Of a DNA stretch of 64,000 nt, positions 54,320 to 61,636 are shown piece by piece (positions within the stretch are counted from its first letter, which is position 1; each line of letters opens with the position of its first letter). The stretch comes from an uncultured Chloroflexia bacterium (lineage in GTDB: Bacteria; Chloroflexota; Limnocylindria; Limnocylindrales; CSP1-4). The position numbers and the translations under genes are program-made. The DNA lies in assembly GCA_963817095.1 (NCBI GenBank), contig CAWFND010000008.1, forward strand, positions 32,107 through 96,106, read 5' to 3'. The notes below the pieces were generated by a model. It saw only the letters and a list, made by a program, of their open reading frames with translations, searched no databases and was not told the DNA's origin.

Positions 54320-54366
54320 CAGCCGGGCGTCGCCGGGACCGCCGCACCGGCTTGGCGTGCGACGGC

Positions 54367-55074
54367 TCAGCCGCCCAGCAGCGACGACAGGTCGAGCACG
54401 CCGTCGAGATGGAGGGTCCCGTCGACGACGGCCACCGTGCGGAGCTGAAGCGGGATCGACGAGTCCACCGTGAGCAGCGGAACGGACCCCAGCGTCGTCG
54501 AGAGGGCGAGCGAGCCCGTCGGGTCGATGATCAGCCTGCCCTCGATCGTGGCGGCCTTCGTGACCAACCGGAGTCGGTCGGGCGCGAGGAGCTGGACGTC
54601 GGACGGCGCGACGCCGAACTGTCGCGCAGCGGCAGCCGACACGGTAGCGCGGACCGCGCTCTCGTCGAAGGTGATCGTCGTGGCCACCGCCGCCAGCGGA
54701 CCGGACAGCCGGATCGACGACGCGGTCGCCGTTCCACCATGGCCGTCGTCGAGCTCGGCTCCGTCGATCGTGCCGCGGACCGAGTCGGCGGTGCGGCCGA
54801 ACAGGTCGACCCCGCCAAGCGTCAGCGCGAGGTTCCGGGCGTGGAGCGTCTTCCAGTCGATGTCCGAAGCGGCGAACGACACCCGGTCGGCATGGCCGAG
54901 GAGAAGCCGCGGCGGTGGATCGGCCGTTGCGCTGATCGACGTCGCGGACGCCTGGTAGCCACTCCCCGTCAGGGCCATCCCGATCGCCGCCGAGACGAGC
55001 GGCCCGGATCCGAACCAGGCGGCGGCGCCGATCACGATGGCCGCGAACAGGACGACGAACAGACAGCCGCGCAT
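54367..55074 (-). CDS. membrane-anchored hypothetical protein, possibly DUF2993 (LmeA-like)
   Basis: 235 aa from ATG 55074. N-terminal TM helix CLFVVLFAAIVIGAAAWF, then a beta-rich Gly/Leu/Thr repeat-like body. The family assignment is tentative. Confidence 0.5.
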   Translation of the reverse strand: MRGCLFVVLFAAIVIGAAAWFGSGPLVSAAIGMALTGSGYQASATSISATADPPPRLLLGHADRVSFAASDIDWKTLHARNLALTLGGVDLFGRTADSVRGTIDGAELDDGHGGTATASSIRLSGPLAAVATTITFDESAVRATVSAAAARQFGVAPSDVQLLAPDRLRLVTKAATIEGRLIIDPTGSLALSTTLGSVPLLTVDSSIPLQLRTVAVVDGTLHLDGVLDLSSLLGG

Positions 55075-55082
55075 GCTCCGGC

Positions 55083-56738
55083 TCAGCCCGGCTCGCCGAC
55101 GGCCCGGTAGCCCATGGCGGCCAGGGCCAGCACCGCGGCTGCGCGCTCGTCGTAGGCGACCGGTCCGGCCGGCCCGATGATCGACTGCTCGTGACCCTTG
55201 CCGGCGAGGAGCACGATGTCGCCCGGCCGGGCTCGTTCGAAGGCGGCCGCGATCGCCGCCGGCCGGTCCGGGATGAGCAACAGGTCCCGGTCGCGCAGCC
55301 GGCCGGCATCCTCGGCACCGCGGGCGATCTCGTCGAGGATCGCCAGCGGGTCCTCGCCGCGCGGATCCTCGTCCGTCGCGACGACGAGCCGGGCCAGCCG
55401 CCCCGCGATCCGGCCCATCATCCGGCGCTTGTCGACGTCGCGCTCGCCGGCCGATCCGAAGACGGCGATCAGCTCGCCGCCACGGGCCGCCGCCAGGGGG
55501 GCGAGGAGGCCGAGGACCTTCTCGAGGGACGCGGGGCTGTGGGCGTAGTCGATGACGACCCCGAACGGCTGGCCTGCCTCGAGTCGCTCCATCCGTCCGG
55601 GCACGCCGCCGACCGAGGCCAGGCCGCCGCGGACCGCAGCCGGATCCAGGCCGAGGACCTCGCCGAGGGCGACCACCGCGAGCGCGTTGTGGACGTTGAA
55701 CCGGCCGATCAGGCGAAGGTGGACCGATCCGGCTCCGGACGGCGCGGCAACGGCGATCCGAAGGCCCCGCGAATCCTCCTCGACATGGGTTGCCCGGACG
55801 TCGGCCGCCGGATCGGTGCCGTAGGTGATGACGCGGGCGCCTGCCTCCTGGGCAACGCCGATGAAGGAGCCGGCGCTCGGATCGTCGGCATTGACGATCG
55901 CCGCCTTCGGCCACGCCCGCCCGTCGATCTCCTTCAGCGGGTTGGTCGATCCGGGCGCGAGTCGTTCGAAGAGCGACAGCTTGGCGTCCCGGTAGGCCTC
56001 CCACGAGCCGTGGAACTCGAGGTGCTCGTGGGTGAGGTTCGTCAGGATCGCGACGTCGTAGGCGATACCGAGGACGCGATCCGCGGCCAGCCCGTGCGAG
56101 GTGGTCTCGATGATCGCGATGTCGTTGCCGTGGTCGGCCATCGCCCGCAACGACCGTTGGAGGAGCGGCGCGCCGGGCGTGGTCATGTGTTCGGGGTTCG
56201 GCTCCTGCACCGCGCCGATCCGGGTCGCGACCGTCCCGATCATCCCTGGCGACCGACCGGCCGCCTCGAGCGCGGCTACCGCGAGGAACGATGTCGTCGT
56301 CTTGCCGTCCGTGCCGGTGATCCCGACGACCCCGAGTCGACGGGACGGGTCGCCGGACCACCACGCAGCCGCGTCGGCGAGCGCCGCCGACGATCGCTCG
56401 ACGACGAGCTGCGGCAGGGCGATCTCGGGGAGCGCCCGCTCGACGATCGCGGCCGCCGCACCCGCCGCCGCGGCCGCCGCCGCGTAGTCGTGCCCATCGA
56501 CGTGCAGGCCCGGAACGGCCACGAACAGGGATCCCGGACGGATCGCGCGTGACGTGTCCGTGACGCCGCGAACCTCGATCGTGGCCAGGGCGGCGGGCCC
56601 GATCGCTCGTCCGCCGTCCCGCGCACCGTGCAGCCGGCCGCGCGCGGTCAGCCGGGCGATCAGCTCACCGAGCGGTCGCGGGCCGTCGGGCTCCGCCGCG
56701 GCGAGCAGGTCGGCGATCGTCGCGCGCTCCGTGGTCAT
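55083..56738 (-). CDS. murE: UDP-N-acetylmuramoyl-L-alanyl-D-glutamate--diamino acid ligase
   Basis: 551 aa from ATG 56738 (ATGA overlap with the FemAB gene stop). GITGTDGKTTT P-loop, TTSHGL, NLTHEHLEFH, VIDYAHSP. The substrate-selectivity motif region reads TDEDPRGE. Confidence 0.9.
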   Translation of the reverse strand: MTTERATIADLLAAAEPDGPRPLGELIARLTARGRLHGARDGGRAIGPAALATIEVRGVTDTSRAIRPGSLFVAVPGLHVDGHDYAAAAAAAGAAAAIVERALPEIALPQLVVERSSAALADAAAWWSGDPSRRLGVVGITGTDGKTTTSFLAVAALEAAGRSPGMIGTVATRIGAVQEPNPEHMTTPGAPLLQRSLRAMADHGNDIAIIETTSHGLAADRVLGIAYDVAILTNLTHEHLEFHGSWEAYRDAKLSLFERLAPGSTNPLKEIDGRAWPKAAIVNADDPSAGSFIGVAQEAGARVITYGTDPAADVRATHVEEDSRGLRIAVAAPSGAGSVHLRLIGRFNVHNALAVVALGEVLGLDPAAVRGGLASVGGVPGRMERLEAGQPFGVVIDYAHSPASLEKVLGLLAPLAAARGGELIAVFGSAGERDVDKRRMMGRIAGRLARLVVATDEDPRGEDPLAILDEIARGAEDAGRLRDRDLLLIPDRPAAIAAAFERARPGDIVLLAGKGHEQSIIGPAGPVAYDERAAAVLALAAMGYRAVGEPG

Positions 56739-57835
56739 CGCCCGCCGACCAGCCGGGAGAGACGGCCCGCGACCCGGCCGAGACGGTAGCGGCCGGCGTC
56801 GATCACCCGTTCGTGGGCGCCGGTCAGCTCCAGCCACTCCCCGCCGAACGAGCGCTTGTGCTGGTAGAGGCCCCACATCGGCTCGCCCTCGCGTGGCTCC
56901 CGGCGGCTGCCGGCGACGTCGACGCCACCGAGATCCATCTCGTCCCGGCGCTCCCGGATCGCGAGCTGGATCGCCCGCCAGCGCAGGAGATGGAGCGCAC
57001 CCGGATGATCGGCCCGAGCTGCGTCGTGGTCGCCCGAGTGGACGGTCGACAGGCGCTCGCCGTGGCGATACAGGACCAGGCCGGCGAGCGGCTCCCCGCC
57101 TGATCCCCGCGCCTCCAGCAGCACGAGGTGGCCCGCACGGAGCGCCGAGCGCCACCACGCGAGGTATGCGTCGCGTGGTCCGAACGTGAAGTGACGGCGC
57201 TCGCCCGTCTCGAGGAGCAGGTCGTAGAACCGATCGAGGGCGACCTCCACGGGCTCCGTCGGCGGGACGAAGCCCTCCCCCACCCCGGACGGCGGCACCC
57301 GGCCGTCGTGACGAACGACGACGATGCCGCCGGACTCCGCCTGGCGGATCCGTTGTCGCGTGGACTTGTGCGTCGCCGCGAGAACCGCGTCCTCGTCCCG
57401 CCCGGCCAGCGGCACGGTCACCCGGTGACGCGACGGCTGGATCTCCTCGATCGGGTGGAAGCCGAGCGCGGCGAGCCGCTCCGGATACCCGCTCGACGCC
57501 GGGATCTCGGCGTCGCTGGCGACGACGGCGACGCCCTGGGCCGCAAGGTGGTCAGCGAGCGTTCCGAGCCGCTCCGCCGTCCGGTCGGCCGGCTGCCCGG
57601 CGGAGATCGGGCCGCGCGGCACGTAGGCGCTCCAGCCGCTGACACCCGCGAGCGCTCGGCGGAGCACGAGGACCGCGAACCCGTCCTCGAAGACGAGATG
57701 ATCGGCTTCCCAGCCGGTCGTGCGCCGGTGCTCGGCCCAGGCCCGTGACTGGAGGACGTGCCCGCCGGCGACGTCCACCGTCCGCTCGTCCCAGTCGACC
57801 AGCTCACCCGGCGTCGCGGCGCGGATCGATGTCAA
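56735..57835 (-). CDS. FemAB-family peptidoglycan branch peptidyltransferase (FemX-like)
   Basis: 366 aa. TTG start overlaps the upstream stop (TTGA). HVLQSRAWAEHRRTTGW N-terminal pattern and GNAT-like duplicated fold. C-terminal GLYQHKRSFGG motif. Confidence 0.75.
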   Translation of the reverse strand: MTSIRAATPGELVDWDERTVDVAGGHVLQSRAWAEHRRTTGWEADHLVFEDGFAVLVLRRALAGVSGWSAYVPRGPISAGQPADRTAERLGTLADHLAAQGVAVVASDAEIPASSGYPERLAALGFHPIEEIQPSRHRVTVPLAGRDEDAVLAATHKSTRQRIRQAESGGIVVVRHDGRVPPSGVGEGFVPPTEPVEVALDRFYDLLLETGERRHFTFGPRDAYLAWWRSALRAGHLVLLEARGSGGEPLAGLVLYRHGERLSTVHSGDHDAARADHPGALHLLRWRAIQLAIRERRDEMDLGGVDVAGSRREPREGEPMWGLYQHKRSFGGEWLELTGAHERVIDAGRYRLGRVAGRLSRLVGGR

Positions 57836-59026
57836 GCGGCGTCACCCGCGAAGGCGCTCGCACTGGCGCCGCCGGCGATCCCGTGGCGGCGTCGCGCCCA
57901 CCAGACGCGCGTCTGCTGCGCCCGGATGTACGCCTGCCGGCCGAGGGGATCGAGGACGAGGTCCCACGCGCCGATGTAGCGGACCTCGCGTCCACCGAAC
58001 CCCGTCTTGAAATGGGCGATCCCACCCGTCGCGAGGCCCCACAGGTCGTAGCTGGTCGCGCCGCGCTCCCGGGAGGTCCGGATCGCCTCCCACTTGAGGA
58101 GGTAGTTCGCCCGGCTGTCGCCGCCGTCGACCGTCATCCCGCCGTACGGCTCGACGACGCGGGTCCCGCTCCGGACGAGGAACAGGGTCGCGACCGCCTC
58201 CCCGTCGGGGCGACGGGCGAACAGCAGTCGGGCGCGGCCGGACGGCCCGAATGCGTCCCAGACGTCGCGGTAGGCCCGCTCGGTCCGGATGAGGAAGCCC
58301 GCACGAGTCGCGGTCTCGCGGTAGATCCGGTAGAACTCGGGCAGGGCCGATCCGTCCGCGTCCGTGACCGTGATCCCCGCCGCCCGGGCCTTGTTCACGT
58401 ACTGGCGCCACTTCTTGCGAAGGTCGCCCCACAGGGCATCCTCCCCGGCGGTCAGGTCGATGATCCGGGTTGCGTTCGGCTGGATCGGGTCGGCCGGGCG
58501 CCAGCCGGCGGCTCGGAGCTGGCGGCGCCTGGCCCCGTCCGGGTCGAGCGGCCCGTCGAGCTCGATCTCCGGATCGATCCGGAGATGGGACACGCGGCTG
58601 CCGATGGCCTTGAGACCGTCGCGTGCCGCCTCCGAGAACTGGCCGATCGACGCGTCGCTCCAGCTCGTCGCGACCGGGCCGCGCGGCGCGTACGCGATCG
58701 CCCACGGGAGCGGCCGCGGCCGCCGGAGAAGCACCTGCGCCCCGATCCCGCCGGCCGCGTCTGTCGTGCCGGTCGCGCCTGTTGCGTCGGTCGCCGCGGC
58801 GGGCGTGGCGCGGATCCGGTGTGCGGTCCAGCCGTTCACGGCCTTCACCTCCGCCCAGCCGCTGAGCTGGAGGTAGGAGCCGGGGCGTCCCGATCTCGAC
58901 GAACGCGTCCCACTCGGCGGCGTCCGGCGCGGTTGACTTCGTCGCGTCCGTCGCCGTCGCGTCCCGCGCGCCGGCGGACCCGGGGATCGGGGTCGCCGCA
59001 GCCTGGCGCTCCGCGGTGGACGTCAT
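57832..59026 (-). pseudogene. second FemAB-family peptidyltransferase, frame broken by an apparent 1-nt insertion near 58883 (probably a sequence error)
   Basis: ATG 59026 (ATGA overlap with the murJ stop). The N-terminus ...PDAAEWDAFVEIGTP is in the frame of track ORF 57842..60343. The continuation GSYLQLSGWAEVKAVNGWTAHRI... is track ORF 57832..58848 (ANYLLKWEAI, GIAHFKTGFGG). Span 1195 nt = 3n+1. Confidence 0.78.
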
Positions 59027-60594
59027 GCCGTGCGAGGTCGCCGGACGAGGTCGAGCATCAGGGCGATGATCGCGGGGAGCTCCGTGATCCGCAACACGGC
59101 CGCGAGCCCGGCGGATGTCAGGAGCCAGACAACGCTGACCACGACCATCCGGACGAGCAGGCCCGTCCGCGACGGATCGGCGCCCAGCGCGAGCGCGAGA
59201 CCGGCTTCGACGCCCGCCGCAGCGAGCGATCCGAGGACCGCCACGATCAGCGTGCGTCCGCCCAGCGACAGGATCGGCCGGAACGCGAGCTCGGGCAACG
59301 AGCGCTTCAGCAGGACGAGCAGGACGATGGCTTCGAGCCAGGCAGCGATCGCGATGGCCAGGGCCAGGCCCGGCAGACCGAGCGGCTCCGCGAACAGGAT
59401 CGCGAGGGTCGTGTTGACGACGACGGCGAGGATCGCCGCGGCGACGGGCGTCCGGGTGTCCTGGCGGGCGTAGAACGCCCGGGCGAGGATCGCGATCAGC
59501 GCGTGGGCCGGCAGACCGACCAGGAACGCGGCGAACGTGGTCGCGGTCAGGTCCAGCGCCGACTGGTCGAACTGGCCGTACCCGAAGAGGAGCCGGACGA
59601 TCTCGTCGCGCAGGACGATCGAGATCCCGGTGATCGGGAGCATGACGAACACGACGAGGCGGATCGCCCGCGAGATCAGGCCGGCGAACCCCTCGAGCCG
59701 GCCGACCGCCGCCTCGCGGGACAGGGACGGCAGGACGACGACGCCGAGCGGCACGCCGATCACGCCGATCGGGATCTGGAGCAGGGTGAACGCGACGTTG
59801 AACGCGGTCACGGAGCCCGTGACCATCGTCGAGGCGAGCGACGTCAGCACGACGAACGTGATCTGGGTGACGCCGAGCCCGAGGGCCCGCGGCGCCATCA
59901 GCTTCAGGGCCTTGCCGGCCTCCGGGTCGGAGAGGTCGATCTGCCGGTCGTAGCGATAGCCGAGGGCCCGGAGCGGACGGACCTGGACGAGGAGGTGGCC
60001 GACGGCTCCCGCCACGACGCCGATCGCGAGCCCGACCACCCCGTACGTCGGGGCGAGGAACCAGGCGGCGCCGATGATCGCGAGGTTGTAGACGATCGGG
60101 GCGATCGCCGCCGCCGCGAACCGGCCCTGGGCGTTGAGGACGCTCGTCGCGAGCGAGCCGAGGGCGAGGAAGATCGGACTCAGGATCATGATCCGCGTCA
60201 GCTCGACGGTCCGATCCCACTGGGCCTGGCTGAAGCCCGGCGTGATGATCGGGATGATCACCGGCGCCGCGACGAAGACGAGGACGGCGAGGACGAGGAG
60301 TCCGACGAGCATCAGGTTCGCGATCGTCGACACGACGCGCCATGCCCGGGCCGTCTCGTCGGTCGCGAGCAGGCTCGAGACGATCGGGATGACCGCGGAG
60401 GACAGCGCGCCGGCCGCCACGAGCTGGAAGACGAGGTCAGGCAGCCGGAAGGCGGCGAAGAAGGTGTCGAGCTCCGACCCGGACAGGCCGCCGTTGACGA
60501 TGACGACGACCCGGACCCAGCCGAGCACGCGCGAGATGAGGAACGCCCCGGAGACGATCAACCCCGCCCGGGCGAGGGCGCGCGACGACGTCAC
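59023..60594 (-). CDS. murJ: lipid II flippase MurJ (MviN family)
   Basis: 523 aa, GTG start (GTGA overlap with the xerC stop). About 14 TM helices. N-terminal ISRVLGWVR...[14 protein letters not shown] signature. Confidence 0.88.
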   Translation of the reverse strand: MTSSRALARAGLIVSGAFLISRVLGWVRVVVIVNGGLSGSELDTFFAAFRLPDLVFQLVAAGALSSAVIPIVSSLLATDETARAWRVVSTIANLMLVGLLVLAVLVFVAAPVIIPIITPGFSQAQWDRTVELTRIMILSPIFLALGSLATSVLNAQGRFAAAAIAPIVYNLAIIGAAWFLAPTYGVVGLAIGVVAGAVGHLLVQVRPLRALGYRYDRQIDLSDPEAGKALKLMAPRALGLGVTQITFVVLTSLASTMVTGSVTAFNVAFTLLQIPIGVIGVPLGVVVLPSLSREAAVGRLEGFAGLISRAIRLVVFVMLPITGISIVLRDEIVRLLFGYGQFDQSALDLTATTFAAFLVGLPAHALIAILARAFYARQDTRTPVAAAILAVVVNTTLAILFAEPLGLPGLALAIAIAAWLEAIVLLVLLKRSLPELAFRPILSLGGRTLIVAVLGSLAAAGVEAGLALALGADPSRTGLLVRMVVVSVVWLLTSAGLAAVLRITELPAIIALMLDLVRRPRTA

Positions 60595-61593
60595 GCGGGG
60601 CGGCGGTCGGCGGGCGTGGCGTCCGCGGTCGACGACGACCGGGTCGCGCGGGGATGAGCACCACGATAGGCGGCCCGCAGTCGGGCCGGCGAGACGTGGG
60701 TGTAGATCTGCGTCGTCGCGAGGCTCTCATGCCCGAGGAGCTCCTGGACGACGCGCAGGTCGGCGCCGCCCTCGAGCAGGTGGGTCGCGAACGAGTGGCG
60801 GAGGGTGTGGGGCGAGACCCCGATCGGGAGCCCCGCCCGGCGACGGAGGAGGTCGAGCCGGTAGCGCAGGCCGCGGACCCCGAGGGCCTCGCCCCGGTGG
60901 TTCAGGAAGATCTCCGTGGGCCCGGCGTCGTCGGCCGTCGCGGCGCGGCGGCTCGGCGAGGATGGGTCGACCGTCGACGAGGTAGCCCTCGAGGGCCCCG
61001 CGCGCCGGCCGGCCGAGCAGCCCGATCCGCTCCTTGCGTCCCTTGCCGAGGACCCGCACCTCGCCACGACGGAGGTCCAGCGAGCCCAGATCCGCGGCCG
61101 CGAGCTCGCTGATCCGGAGCCCGGCGGCGTACGCGGTCTCGACGATCGCCCGGTCCCGCAGCGAGATCGCCACGGTGAGCGCTTCCGCGTCCCCGTCGCC
61201 TGCGGCGACCGCATCGTCGACCGCGGCGAGCAGCCGCTCGACCTCGTCCACCTCGAGCACGCGGGGCAGCCGGCGCGGCAGGCGCGGCGTCGCGATCGTT
61301 CCCCACGGATCGCCGGGGGCCAGTCCCTCACGCGCCGCGAAGCGGTGGAACGAGCGGATGGCCGCCAGCCGCTGGGCGGTGGAGCTCCGTGCGTGGCCCA
61401 TCCCGAGGACCGCCAGGTAGGCACGGAGGTCGCCCCGGGCCGGCGTGCGCCAGTCGACCCCGCGATCCGTCAGCCAGTCCAGGTAGGAGCGGAGCGTCCC
61501 GGCGTAGGAGCGCTGGGTGTGCGGCGACGTGTCGCGGGCCGCGAGCGACCCGAGGAAGGTCTGCAACGCCGTCTCTGCCGCGGCGGCCGTCAC
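60591..61593 (-). pseudogene. xerC: site-specific tyrosine recombinase XerC, frame broken by an apparent 1-nt insertion near 60950 (probably a sequence error)
   Basis: N-terminal part from GTG 61593 lies in the frame of track ORF 60727..62208 (FLGSLAARDTSPHTQRSYAGTLRSYLDWL ... [12 protein letters not shown] ... GKGRKER). The C-terminal part is in track ORF 60591..61424 ([43 protein letters not shown]). Span 1003 nt = 3n+1. The XerC versus XerD label is tentative. Confidence 0.8.
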
Positions 61594-61636
61594 GCACGCC
61601 CCCAGCGGCCGATGCGGCACCGGCTCGGGCGCGGCC

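Noticed and set aside
57745-60657. 970-aa plus-strand ORF and many other long Arg/Pro/Gly/Asp-rich ORFs (for example 348..1922, 13466..15310, 33479..35884, 39965..42064)
   Set aside because: They lie antisense to, or out of frame with, well-supported conserved genes. They have extreme low-complexity composition and no recognisable motifs. Such ORFs are typical artefacts of very high GC content.
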